Origin: Gammaproteobacteria bacterium
GTDB taxonomy: Bacteria; Pseudomonadota; Gammaproteobacteria; UBA5335; SLRW01
Length of the DNA: 64,000 nt
Direction of reading: 5' to 3'
Assembly: GCA_035638695.1 (NCBI GenBank)
Contig: DASQZM010000016.1
Location: 24,035-88,034, forward strand
Position numbers and translations under genes: made by a program. Positions within the stretch are counted from its first letter, which is position 1; the number at the start of each line of letters is the position of its first letter. The notes below the pieces were generated by a model. It did not search any database, was not told the DNA's origin, and saw nothing but the letters and a program-made list of their open reading frames with translations. Shown piece by piece: positions 22,190 to 31,112 of the stretch.

Positions 22190-23016
22190 TGACCCCCGGG
22201 GGGGCGCTGGTCGGGCTGCGGGTGATGGTCACCCGCCCTCCCCGCCAGGCGGAAGGCCTGTGCCGTGCGATCGAGGCCGCCGGCGGCCGTCCGGTGACCC
22301 TGCCGGCCGTCGAGATCGCCGGTCCGGGCGACCCCGCCGCGGCGCGGCGGCAGCTGGGGCGGGTCGCCGAGTACGACTGGGTTATCTTCGTCAGTCGCAA
22401 CGCCGTGGCCGAGGCCGTGCCCTGGCTCGGCGCGCCCCTGGCACAGCTGGCACCACGCGTGGCGGCCGTGGGCCGCGGCACCGCGACCGCGCTGGCGCGA
22501 CTCGGCTGCGAGGCGGCCGTGGTGCCGGCCCGCGGAGGTGGCAGCGAGGCCCTGCTCGAACATCCCGCGCTGCGCTCGCTGCGGGGACGCGCGGTGCTTA
22601 TCGTGCGCGGCGAGGGTGGCCGCGAGCTGCTCGCCCGGGCGCTGGCGGCTCGCGGGGCCCGGGTGGACTACGCGGAGGTCTATCGGCGGCGCCGGCCGTG
22701 CCCGACCCGGCAGCAGCTCGAGGCGCTGCTTGCCGGTGGTGTGCCGGAGGTCGTGACGGCCACCAGCGGTGCGCTCCTGGAGAATCTCGTGGCCATGTTC
22801 CCGGCCGGGCGCCTGCGCGATTCGCTGCGCGCTGCGCAACTGGTTGTCGTGAGCGGGCGTATGATAAAACTGGCGCGGAGGCTGGGCTTCCGGCGTCCCC
22901 CGCTGCTGGCCGATGCCCCGTCTGACGATGCACTGGTGGCGGCGATCGTACGCTGGCGGAAGGGCGGGCCGGATCCGGGCGGGAGCCCCGGGCCCGGTGC
23001 TGGGCCGCGGGTGTGA
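22189..23016 (+). CDS. hemD: uroporphyrinogen-III synthase
   Basis: Second half of track ORF 21292..23016. Starts MTPGGALVGLRVMVTRP at the ATG overlapping the hemC stop (TGATG). HemD-like pattern DWVIFVSRNAV. Position between hemC and hemX. Confidence 0.85.
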   Translation: MTPGGALVGLRVMVTRPPRQAEGLCRAIEAAGGRPVTLPAVEIAGPGDPAAARRQLGRVAEYDWVIFVSRNAVAEAVPWLGAPLAQLAPRVAAVGRGTATALARLGCEAAVVPARGGGSEALLEHPALRSLRGRAVLIVRGEGGRELLARALAARGARVDYAEVYRRRRPCPTRQQLEALLAGGVPEVVTATSGALLENLVAMFPAGRLRDSLRAAQLVVVSGRMIKLARRLGFRRPPLLADAPSDDALVAAIVRWRKGGPDPGGSPGPGAGPRV

Positions 23017-23066
23017 AGCGGGCCCGTCCATCCGGATGGGCGCCGACCCTGGACGGAGACGCCGGA

Positions 23067-24170
23067 ATGCCGGATACCGAGGGGAAGGATAAACAGAACG
23101 GCAAGGAACCGCCGCCGCAACCGGCTTCCGGCAAAGAGTCCGGACCCGGACGAAGGCGCCGCCGGGGGTCGCCGGTGGCGACGCTCGCCGCCGCTGCACT
23201 GCTGCTCTCGCTCGCCGCGCTGGCGGCGGCCGGTTATCTCTACTACCGCGGGCGCACCGCCCTGCAGCAGCAGGCCCGGATGGATCACCGCCTGGACCAG
23301 CTGAGTGCCGCCCTGGAGCGGAGCAAGCAAGCGCTGGTGACCCGCCACGAGTTCAGCAGCAGAACCGGCGCATTGCAGAACGAGGTGGACCAGCTACAGC
23401 AGAAGCTGGGCTCGACCCGGGACAAGCTGCAGAACCTGGAGGCGCTGACCAACGGCGGCCGCCAGGCCTGGCAGCGCGACGAGGTCGCCTACCTGCTCCG
23501 GACAGCCAACCAGACCCTGCAGCTGCGGCACGATCCGGCCACCGCCCTGCAGGCACTGCGGCTCGCGGAGCAGCGGCTCAGGCAGATGGGCGACCCGCGG
23601 TATCTGCCGGTGCGCAAGGCGATCAGCGACGAGATGACCGCGCTCCGGGCGGTCCCGCAGCCGGACGTGACGGGCATGGCGATGCAGCTCGACAGCCTGT
23701 CCCGGCAGGCGCAGGACTGGCCGCTGGCCAACCCCTCGCGGCCCCGGCCACCCGCCGCCGGCCCGGCTTCGGCACCCGCCGCCGCCGGCCCATGGTGGCG
23801 GCGGGCCTGGCGGTCGGTCGCGGCGGTTTTCCGGCAGATGGTGGTGATCCGCCACCATGCCAAGCCGATCCAGCCGCTGGTGCCGCCCCAGGAGGCCCAG
23901 CTGGTGCGCAGCATCGCGGCCCTGCGGCTGGACTCCGCACGCAGCGCTCTGCTGCGCGGCGAGGCCAGACTGTACGATATCCAGCTCGAGTCCGCCCGGA
24001 GCTGGATCGAGCGCTATTTTGATCACAAGGCGACTTCCGTGCAGGCGGCTCTCAAGCAGCTGCAGAAGCTGCGGCAGGCGAAGCTGGCGCCGAAGCTGCC
24101 CGACATCTCCGGCTCCCTGGAGAAGCTGGAGCAGATACCCCCGCCGGGCGGACGGGGGCAGGGTCAATGA
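23067..24170 (+). CDS. hemX: HemX (membrane-anchored protein of the heme operon)
   Basis: Charged N-terminus, a single TM helix (VATLAAAALLLSLAALAAAGYLYY) and a long coiled-coil region. Order hemD-hemX-hemY. ATG at 23067 has GGAG 8 nt upstream; GTG at 23013 (GTGA overlap with hemD) is the alternative. Confidence 0.8.
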   Translation: MPDTEGKDKQNGKEPPPQPASGKESGPGRRRRRGSPVATLAAAALLLSLAALAAAGYLYYRGRTALQQQARMDHRLDQLSAALERSKQALVTRHEFSSRTGALQNEVDQLQQKLGSTRDKLQNLEALTNGGRQAWQRDEVAYLLRTANQTLQLRHDPATALQALRLAEQRLRQMGDPRYLPVRKAISDEMTALRAVPQPDVTGMAMQLDSLSRQAQDWPLANPSRPRPPAAGPASAPAAAGPWWRRAWRSVAAVFRQMVVIRHHAKPIQPLVPPQEAQLVRSIAALRLDSARSALLRGEARLYDIQLESARSWIERYFDHKATSVQAALKQLQKLRQAKLAPKLPDISGSLEKLEQIPPPGGRGQGQ

Positions 24171-25366
24171 GAACCGCGCTGCTGATCCTGGTGGTGCTGG
24201 CGGCCAGCGTCGTGCTGAGTCTCGTGCTCCACCACGACAACGGCTATGTCCTGCTCAGCTACGGTCACTGGAGCCTGGAAACCTCGCTGGTGGTGTTCGT
24301 GGCCGGAATCCTGCTGCTGTACAGCGCCTGGCACATTGCCTGGCATCTGCTGGCGGGAACCGCCGCCCTGCCCGGGCGATTCGGCGCCTGGCGCGACGCG
24401 CGCCGCCAGAGGCGCGCCCGTCGGGCGCTCAATCGCGGCCTGATCCAGATGAACGAGGGGCACTGGCGCGACGCGGAAAAGACCCTGACCCAGGGCGCGG
24501 AGCGTGCCGAGACGCCCCTGGTGAACTACCTCGCCGCCGCCCGTGCGGCCCAGCTCCAGCGCGCCGACGGCCGCCGTGACCTGTACCTGCGCAAGGCGTA
24601 CGAGTGCACCATCGAAGGTCGCACGGCGGTCCTGATCACCCAGGCCGAGCTGCAGATCGACCACCAGCAGTACGAACAGGCGCTGGCCACGCTGACCAAC
24701 CTGCAGGAACGGGGGTCGTCCAACGCCCAGGTCCTGACACTGCTGATGCGGTGCTACGTGGCGCTGCGCGATTGGAACCAGCTGCGCCGGCTCCTGCCAC
24801 GACTGCGCCAGCGGCACCTGCTGCCGGAGCAGCGCCTCGACGAGCTGGCCGCGGAGGCCTATGTCGAGTTGTTGGAGAGCGCGGTCCGGCGGCGCGACGC
24901 GCCGGGTCTGCGGAGCCTGTGGAGGGAGCTCCCGCGGGCGCTGCAGCGGCGTCCGGAGCTGGTCCGCGGGTACGCTCGCTCGCTGCACGCGCTGGACCAG
25001 GATGCCGAGGCCGCCGTTTTCATCGAGCAGCAGCTCAAGCGCGAGCTGGACGACGAGCTGGTGCGCCTCTACGGCGAGCTGCATACCGAGGATGACTCGT
25101 CCCGCCGTCTGACCCAGGCCGAGGGCTGGATCCGGCGTTACGGTGACCAGCCGGCGCTGCTTCTGGCGGCTGCCCGCCTGTGTATGCGGGGCGAGATCTG
25201 GGGCAAGGCGCGCCAGTACCTGGAAGGCAGCATCCACAACGGCCCCGTGGTCGAGGCCTACCAGGAACTCGGCCGTCTCCTGCGTCGCCTGGGCGAGAAC
25301 GATGCCAGCCACGAGGCCTTTGAGGCCGGACTGGGACTGGCGGCGGCGGAAAAGAAAGAGCCCTGA
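24167..25366 (+). CDS. hemY: HemY (TPR-containing heme-operon membrane protein)
   Basis: Two N-terminal TM helices followed by TPR-like repeats. ATGA overlap with hemX. Confidence 0.85.
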   Translation: MRTALLILVVLAASVVLSLVLHHDNGYVLLSYGHWSLETSLVVFVAGILLLYSAWHIAWHLLAGTAALPGRFGAWRDARRQRRARRALNRGLIQMNEGHWRDAEKTLTQGAERAETPLVNYLAAARAAQLQRADGRRDLYLRKAYECTIEGRTAVLITQAELQIDHQQYEQALATLTNLQERGSSNAQVLTLLMRCYVALRDWNQLRRLLPRLRQRHLLPEQRLDELAAEAYVELLESAVRRRDAPGLRSLWRELPRALQRRPELVRGYARSLHALDQDAEAAVFIEQQLKRELDDELVRLYGELHTEDDSSRRLTQAEGWIRRYGDQPALLLAAARLCMRGEIWGKARQYLEGSIHNGPVVEAYQELGRLLRRLGENDASHEAFEAGLGLAAAEKKEP

Positions 25367-25407
25367 GCTGCGAGTCCGGCCTGCCGGTGGCGGCCGAGAG
25401 CCTGCCA

Positions 25408-26202
25408 TCAGCCGGCCAGGTTGGCTACCAGCATCAGCGTCCCGGTTACCAGGATGAACCCCGCGAATATGCGTTGCATCTGCGGCCCGCCGATCCGGCG
25501 GCCGGCGGTGATGCCGCCACCGAGACCGAGGACGCCGCCAGCGATGAACAACAGGGTAATCCTCGGATCCGGGGCGTGCAGGAGGAGGCTGCTGTAGAGA
25601 ACAGCGGAAGCGGCGATGATCGCGATCGCCAGCAGCGAGGTGGCCACGGCCCGGTGGATGGACATGCCGGTGGTGACCATAAGCGCCGGCACGATCAGGA
25701 AGCCGCCGCCGACGCCGAACAGGCCCGAGAGCACGCCGGTCGCCAGACCCATCCCCGCCAGCCGCAGAAGGTTCGCCGGGTGACGCAGGTGCTCGCGGAT
25801 CGTGGCCGCCGGTGCCGGGTTTTCCGCCGCACCGTCCGGGCGGCCCGTTTGTCCGGCCCGGTGCCACATCCAGAGCGCGACCACGACCATCAGGACGGCG
25901 AAGCCGGACAGCAGCACGGCGTCCGGCAGGCGCGCGCCGATCCTCGCACCCACCGGTGCGCCGAAGATCCCGGCCAGGGCGAACAGCAGCCCCACCACCA
26001 GTGCCGCCTCGTGGCGCCGGATCCGCTCGGCCGCACCGATCGCGGAGGTCGCCCCGACCGAGGCCAGCGAGATCACCACCGCCTCGTGCCCCGGTACGCC
26101 GAGCCCGTAGACCAGCAGCGGGACCGCGAAGATCGAGCCTCCGCCACCGGTCAGGCCAAGCGAGAAGCCGACGATCGTCCCGTAGACAATGGGCAGTAGC
26201 AT
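25408..26202 (-). CDS. TauE/SafE-family (DUF81) anion exporter
   Basis: ~8 TM helices with duplicated GxxGGGGS-type motifs (GLTGGGGSIFAVPLL, GLFGVGGGFLIVPAL). ATG at 26202 is preceded by GAGGG; the track start at 26226 is the alternative. Confidence 0.8.
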   Translation of the reverse strand: MLLPIVYGTIVGFSLGLTGGGGSIFAVPLLVYGLGVPGHEAVVISLASVGATSAIGAAERIRRHEAALVVGLLFALAGIFGAPVGARIGARLPDAVLLSGFAVLMVVVALWMWHRAGQTGRPDGAAENPAPAATIREHLRHPANLLRLAGMGLATGVLSGLFGVGGGFLIVPALMVTTGMSIHRAVATSLLAIAIIAASAVLYSSLLLHAPDPRITLLFIAGGVLGLGGGITAGRRIGGPQMQRIFAGFILVTGTLMLVANLAG

Positions 26203-26249
26203 GGGCCCTCGCGGGTGGTTCGGCATCGGCGGCCTGGCGATGCCGCTAG

Positions 26250-26265
26250 GAATATAAGTATATTC
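26250..26265. promoter_or_regulatory. AT-rich operator-like palindrome GAATATA-AG-TATATTC upstream of the TauE-family gene
   Basis: Perfect 7+7 inverted repeat inside a ~35-nt AT-rich island (GGAATATAAGTATATTCTAATTAATCGATGTT). It sits in the 100-bp gap between the TauE start and the stop of the pyr operon. Confidence 0.35.
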
Positions 26266-26326
26266 TAATTAATCGATGTTCGCACACGGCCGGTCCGGTT
26301 CCCGGGGGTGGGCGGCGGATTCCGGC

Positions 26327-27238
26327 TCAGGCGGGATACACGGCGTCGGCGTCGAACACCGGGCCGTCGACGCAGACGCGTTTCATGGCGGGCCCGTTAG
26401 CGGTGGCGACCCGGACCACGCAGCCGGCACAGCCGCCGACGGCGCAGGCCATGTACTCTTCCAGGGAGAGCTGGCAGGGCAGGCCGAATTCGCGCGCCAG
26501 CGAGGCCGCGGCCGCCAGCATGGGCTCGGGCCCGCAGGCGAACACCTGGACCTGTGCCAGGGCGGCGGCCTCCAGGCCGGCCAGCCAGCAGCGCGCGAGG
26601 TCGGTGACGTAGCCTTCGTGGCAGCCGGGAAAGCCCTGCAGGCTGGCCAGGCGACTGGGGATCCCCCAGTCTTCCAGCAGCGGCATCGCCGCGATAACCC
26701 CGTCCGGCATGCCCGGGACCATCAGCGCCGAGGGGCGAGCCCGGAACGGAAACGGCACCTCGGAGCCCATGATCACCAGCGGCTGCCAGCCAGCCGCCCC
26801 CTCCTGTCGCATGGCATCAGCGAGGAACACCATCGGCGGGATGCCGACCCCACCTCCCAGCAGCAGGGGACGGCGGCGGGCCGGGTCGGGCAAGAACGGC
26901 GTGCCGATGGGTCCCATCATGCTGAGCTCCTCACCGACACGGCGCTGTGCCAGCAGGCGCGTGCCTTCGCCCACCACCTTGTACAGGAACTGCACCCAGC
27001 CCTCATCCGGCGAGACGCGCATGATGGACAGGGGCCGGCGCATCGGCAGGCTGGGATCACAGCGCAGATGGGCGAAGCTTCCCGGCCGGGCGACGGCGGC
27101 GCAGCGGGGCGCGCGCACGCGCAGGATATACTGTGCGCCGGGATAGGGCCGGTGCCCCAGCACCTTCGCCTCCTCCACCAGGATGCTGCCACGGTGGCTC
27201 CCGGTTCCCGACCCGGTGGTTCCCCTCTCCGCGCTCAT
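26327..27238 (-). CDS. PyrK-like FAD/NAD(P)-binding 2Fe-2S flavoprotein (dihydroorotate dehydrogenase electron-transfer-subunit family)
   Basis: RPLSI FAD-binding motif, GGGVGIPP nucleotide-binding motif and a C-terminal cluster CAVGGCAGC...C. ATGA overlap with the upstream dihydroorotase-like gene. Confidence 0.7.
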   Translation of the reverse strand: MSAERGTTGSGTGSHRGSILVEEAKVLGHRPYPGAQYILRVRAPRCAAVARPGSFAHLRCDPSLPMRRPLSIMRVSPDEGWVQFLYKVVGEGTRLLAQRRVGEELSMMGPIGTPFLPDPARRRPLLLGGGVGIPPMVFLADAMRQEGAAGWQPLVIMGSEVPFPFRARPSALMVPGMPDGVIAAMPLLEDWGIPSRLASLQGFPGCHEGYVTDLARCWLAGLEAAALAQVQVFACGPEPMLAAAASLAREFGLPCQLSLEEYMACAVGGCAGCVVRVATANGPAMKRVCVDGPVFDADAVYPA

Positions 27239-28521
27239 GCGTCGTCCCCGTCCGCGTCCCAGACCGGCTCGCCGCCGACGAGGGTGTGGCCCACGCGGCC
27301 CGGGAGCTCGCGTCCCACGAACGGGGAGTTGTGGCCCCCGCTACGCATGTCCCGGGCCTGCAGCACGCGGCGGAAATCCGGATCGACGACGCACAAATCG
27401 GCCGGGGCACCGGGCCCGAGACGCCCGCCGGACAACCCCAGCAGGCGCGCCGGACCCAGGCTGAAGCGTTCGACCAGCCCCGTAAGGTCGAGCAGACCCT
27501 GTCCGACCAGCGTCAATCCCAGGCCCAGAAGCGTGTCGAGCCCGGAAGCTCCGGGCACGGTGGCGCCGAACGGCGCACGCTTGGCGTCGCCGCCGAGAGG
27601 GCGGTGATCGGCGCACACGATCCCCAGGGTGCCGTCGGCCACGCCCGCACGCAGGGCCTGGCGATCGGCCTCGCCGCGCAGGGGCGGAACCAGGTGACAG
27701 CTGGTGTCGAAGCCGTCGATATCGCGGTCGGTCAGGAGCAGGTTGTGGGCCGCCACGTCCGCGGTCACGGGCAGCCCCCGCTCCCGCGCCCGGCGCACCT
27801 GGTCGACGGCGGCGGCCGCCGACAGCCGGCAGAAATGCACTCGGGCGCCGGTGAGTTCGATCAGCGCCAGGTCGCGGGTGATACCGATGACTTCCGCGGC
27901 CGGCGGAATCCCCGGCAGCCCGAGTCGGGTCGCGACCTCGCCCTCGTGCACGCAGCCGCCTTCCGAAAGCCCCGGGTCCTGAGGGTGCAGCAGCACGGTC
28001 AGGTTATGGCTGGATGCGTACTCGAGTGCGCGCCGCAGGATCAGGCTGTTCGGGACCGGACGGCGGCCGTTGCTCAGCGCGGGGCATCCCGTTTCGCGTA
28101 GCGCCCCCATCTCGGTCAGGTGTTCGCCGTCCAGGCCGCGGGTCAGGGCGCCCAGCGTGACCACGTGCGCGCGGCCGTGGCGGGCGGCGTGCAGGTGGAT
28201 CAGCTCGGCCGCGGCCGGTGTATCGATGCACGGGTCCAGGTCGGGAGGAGTGCAAAGCGTGGTGATCCCGCCGGCCGCCGCTGCGAAGGTTTCACGACGC
28301 AGTGCGTCCGCGGGGTTGCCGCTGCCGAGGTGGGCGCTGAGCTCGATCAGCCCAGGCAGCACCAGGTGCCCGCGCGCGTCGATCTCCCGCTCGGCCCGGA
28401 AACCGCGAGGCGCACGTCCGACGGCGGCGACACGCCCCGCGTCCAGGTACAGATCCAGCTCGTCATCCCGGCCCTGGGCCGGGTCGATCAGGCGGCCGCC
28501 GCGGATCCGGGTGCGCGTCAT
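27235..28521 (-). CDS. pyrC: dihydroorotase-like protein, non-catalytic type (ATCase partner PyrC')
   Basis: Amidohydrolase fold colinear with dihydroorotases, but the metal-binding D-x-H-x-H is E-L-S-A-H here (codons at 28330..28344). This parallels the DLSAR I recall in P. aeruginosa PyrC'. 4-nt overlap with pyrB. Confidence 0.8.
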   Translation of the reverse strand: MTRTRIRGGRLIDPAQGRDDELDLYLDAGRVAAVGRAPRGFRAEREIDARGHLVLPGLIELSAHLGSGNPADALRRETFAAAAGGITTLCTPPDLDPCIDTPAAAELIHLHAARHGRAHVVTLGALTRGLDGEHLTEMGALRETGCPALSNGRRPVPNSLILRRALEYASSHNLTVLLHPQDPGLSEGGCVHEGEVATRLGLPGIPPAAEVIGITRDLALIELTGARVHFCRLSAAAAVDQVRRARERGLPVTADVAAHNLLLTDRDIDGFDTSCHLVPPLRGEADRQALRAGVADGTLGIVCADHRPLGGDAKRAPFGATVPGASGLDTLLGLGLTLVGQGLLDLTGLVERFSLGPARLLGLSGGRLGPGAPADLCVVDPDFRRVLQARDMRSGGHNSPFVGRELPGRVGHTLVGGEPVWDADGDDA

Positions 28522-29480
28522 CGTGGCTCCCCGCCGCGACTGCCCAGCGTCATCGCCATGACCGCCATGCGCACCGCGATGCCGTTGGTGACCTGTTGCA
28601 GGATGACCGAGCGTGGCCCGTCGGCAACCTCGGAGGCGATCTCCACGCCGCGGTTGATCGGTCCCGGGTGCATCACGATGGCGTCGTCGCGCGCCTTCCC
28701 CAGGCGCTCGGGGGTCAGGCCGTAATAACGGAAGTATTCCGCTTCGCTGGGAAGGTGCGCGCCCCGCATCCGCTCGCGCTGCAGGCGCAGGGCGATGATC
28801 ACGTCCGCGCCCTGCAGGGCGGGCTCCAGGCGGTGATACACCTGTACGCCCATCTCCTCGACGTTGCGCGGCAGCAGGGTCGCCGGCGCGGCGACCCGGA
28901 TCTCGGGCACGCCCAGTGCGCGCAGCGCATGGATCTGCGAGCGCGCCACCCGGGAGTGGAGGATGTCGCCAACGATGGTCACGACCAGGTTCTCCAGGTC
29001 CGGTCGCCGGGTCCGGATCGTGAACACGTCCAGCAGCGCCTGGGTAGGGTGAGCGTGGTAGCCGTCACCGGCGTTGAGCACGCTGACGTGGGGCGCGGCG
29101 TGCTGGGCGAAGAAATGCGCGGCACCGCTCTGGCTGTGACGCACCACGAACATGTCCACCTGCATCGCCTCGAGGTTGCGCAGCGTGTCCAGCAGCGTTT
29201 CCCCCTTGCGGGTGGACGAGTGCTCGGTGTCGAGGTTGAGAACGTCCGCGGACAGGCGCTTCGCGGCGAGCTCGAAGGTCATGCGCGTGCGGGTGCTGGG
29301 CTCGAAGAACAGGTTCACGACGGTCTTGCCGCGCAGCAGCGGGACCTTCTTGACCGAGCGCTCGGTCACGGAGGTGAACGATCCGGCGGTATCGAGAATG
29401 GCGGTGATCAGGTCGGGGGCGAGGCCTTCGATGGTGAGCAGGTGCCGCAGCCGTCCGGATTCGTCTACCTGTAGATCCAT
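28518..29480 (-). CDS. pyrB: aspartate carbamoyltransferase catalytic chain
   Basis: Carbamoyl-phosphate site FFEPSTRTR and the HPTQ and HPGP motifs. ATG at 29480 ([15 protein letters not shown]) chosen within the longer track ORF. Confidence 0.93.
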   Translation of the reverse strand: MDLQVDESGRLRHLLTIEGLAPDLITAILDTAGSFTSVTERSVKKVPLLRGKTVVNLFFEPSTRTRMTFELAAKRLSADVLNLDTEHSSTRKGETLLDTLRNLEAMQVDMFVVRHSQSGAAHFFAQHAAPHVSVLNAGDGYHAHPTQALLDVFTIRTRRPDLENLVVTIVGDILHSRVARSQIHALRALGVPEIRVAAPATLLPRNVEEMGVQVYHRLEPALQGADVIIALRLQRERMRGAHLPSEAEYFRYYGLTPERLGKARDDAIVMHPGPINRGVEIASEVADGPRSVILQQVTNGIAVRMAVMAMTLGSRGGEPR

Positions 29481-29517
29481 GTTTTCGGTGTTCCGCGCCG
29501 GTAGTCGCCGGCGGTCG

Positions 29518-30042
29518 TCAGGATCCGCCGGCCAGGTGGAGCTCCAGGGGGTCCGGACCGTACAGTTTAATGTGTTCGCCGGTGCCCGGCGAGCAGCGCC
29601 TGCCGACGACGTCGGGACTGATGGGCAGCTCCCGTCCGCTGCGTTGCACCAGCACGGCCAGCCGCACCGCGGCGGGCCGCCCGTAGTCGAAGATCTCGTT
29701 GAGCGCCGCGCGCACGGTGCGCCCGGTATAGAGCACATCGTCCACCAGGACGATCTCTCGGTCTTCGACCTCGAACGGCAGCCGGGAAGGGCGCACCCGG
29801 GGCTGCATGCCGACGCGGCTGAAGTCGTCGCGATAGAAGCTGATATCGAGCATGCCGATCTCCGACGCAACGGCCATGCGGTTCGTCAGGCGGGGGTGCA
29901 GGCGGTGGGCCAGCCAGAATCCTCCCGTATGGATGCCGACGACGCCCGGCGGCCGTGCGGCATCCGCCCGGAGCAATGCGGAGAGCTCGTCGGCGAGCGC
30001 CTCGAGCACGTCCTCGATCGCCGCCTCATCCATGAGCTTCAT
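29518..30042 (-). CDS. pyrR: bifunctional pyrimidine regulatory protein / uracil phosphoribosyltransferase PyrR
   Basis: 174 aa. PRPP loop [18 protein letters not shown]. Located immediately upstream of pyrB. Confidence 0.9.
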   Translation of the reverse strand: MKLMDEAAIEDVLEALADELSALLRADAARPPGVVGIHTGGFWLAHRLHPRLTNRMAVASEIGMLDISFYRDDFSRVGMQPRVRPSRLPFEVEDREIVLVDDVLYTGRTVRAALNEIFDYGRPAAVRLAVLVQRSGRELPISPDVVGRRCSPGTGEHIKLYGPDPLELHLAGGS

Positions 30043-30484
30043 CGGGCTGCTCCATGAAGGTCTCCAGGATCAGGAGGGCCGCCAGGGCATCGACCTCGTC
30101 ACGCCGGACGCGGCGACGCCGCCCCGCCTCCCGCGCCCGACGCAGGCGGTCACGGGCTTCGACCGAGCTCAGGCGCTCGTCCACCAGGCGGACGGGAAGC
30201 CCGAAGCGGCCGTGCAGCCGGTTGGCGAAGCGGCGCGCGGCCGCCGTGAGGGCATGCGGCGTGCCGTCCAGGGACAGCGGCAGACCGACCACCAGCATCT
30301 GCGGCCGCCACTCGTCGATGAGCTCGGCTACCGCACGCAGGACCGCGTCGCCGGAACGCTGGGTCAGCGTGGTCAACGGCCGGCCGGAACCGGCGGCAGG
30401 GTGCGCCACGGCAACGCCGATTCGGCGATCGCCATAGTCGAATCCCAGCAACGTGCCGTGCCCCTTGGCCGGGCGGTCAGGCAT
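30026..30484 (-). CDS. ruvX: Holliday-junction-resolvase-like nuclease RuvX/YqgF
   Basis: LLGFDYGDRRIGVAV N-terminal motif. ~150 aa. Overlaps both neighbours. Confidence 0.88.
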   Translation of the reverse strand: MPDRPAKGHGTLLGFDYGDRRIGVAVAHPAAGSGRPLTTLTQRSGDAVLRAVAELIDEWRPQMLVVGLPLSLDGTPHALTAAARRFANRLHGRFGLPVRLVDERLSSVEARDRLRRAREAGRRRRVRRDEVDALAALLILETFMEQPDEAHG

Positions 30485-31040
30485 GCCCCGCCTGGCCGCT
30501 GAGGCGGGTCAGGTCGACTCCCAGCAGGCCGGCCGCGACCTCCCAGCGGCGTTCCCACGGGGTTCGAAACAGCAGCTCGCTGTCGGTCGGCAGGCTCAGC
30601 CAGGCATTGTCCAGCATTTCCTGCTCGAGCTGTCCCGGCCCCCAACCGGCGTAGCCCAGCACGATCAGGAAGTCGGCCGGCCCCTCGCCCCGGGCGAGCG
30701 CGCCGAGGATGTCGCGCGAGCTGGTAACGCTGATCTCGTCGCTCACCTGCAGGGTCGCGCTCCAGCCCGCGTCGGCCGGATGCAGTACGAAGCCACGCTC
30801 GGGACTGACCGGACCGCCGAAGAACAGCAGGGCGTCCAGCTCCGCGCGCACCGGCGCGTCCAGCTCCATCTGCGCCATGATATCGCTCAGGTGCAGCTCG
30901 CTGGGTCGGTTGATGATCAGCCCCAGGGCCCCCTGGTCGTTGTGCTCGCAGATACAGGTGACGGAATGTGAGAAATTCGGATCCGCGAGCGTGGGCATTG
31001 CGATGAGGCACTGGTTGTGAAGATAGCCGCTGGCGCTCAT
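30477..31040 (-). CDS. yqgE: YqgE/AlgH-family protein
   Basis: CLIAMPTLADPNFSHSVTCICEHNDQGALGLIINRP aligns with the E. coli YqgE N-terminus as I recall it. Confidence 0.88.
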   Translation of the reverse strand: MSASGYLHNQCLIAMPTLADPNFSHSVTCICEHNDQGALGLIINRPSELHLSDIMAQMELDAPVRAELDALLFFGGPVSPERGFVLHPADAGWSATLQVSDEISVTSSRDILGALARGEGPADFLIVLGYAGWGPGQLEQEMLDNAWLSLPTDSELLFRTPWERRWEVAAGLLGVDLTRLSGQAGHA

Positions 31041-31112
31041 AAGGAGATCATACTAACCCGATCAGTGGGAATGCCAGCTCGAGCCGACGGCTGGTCGGGC
31101 ACCCGCGCGGTA

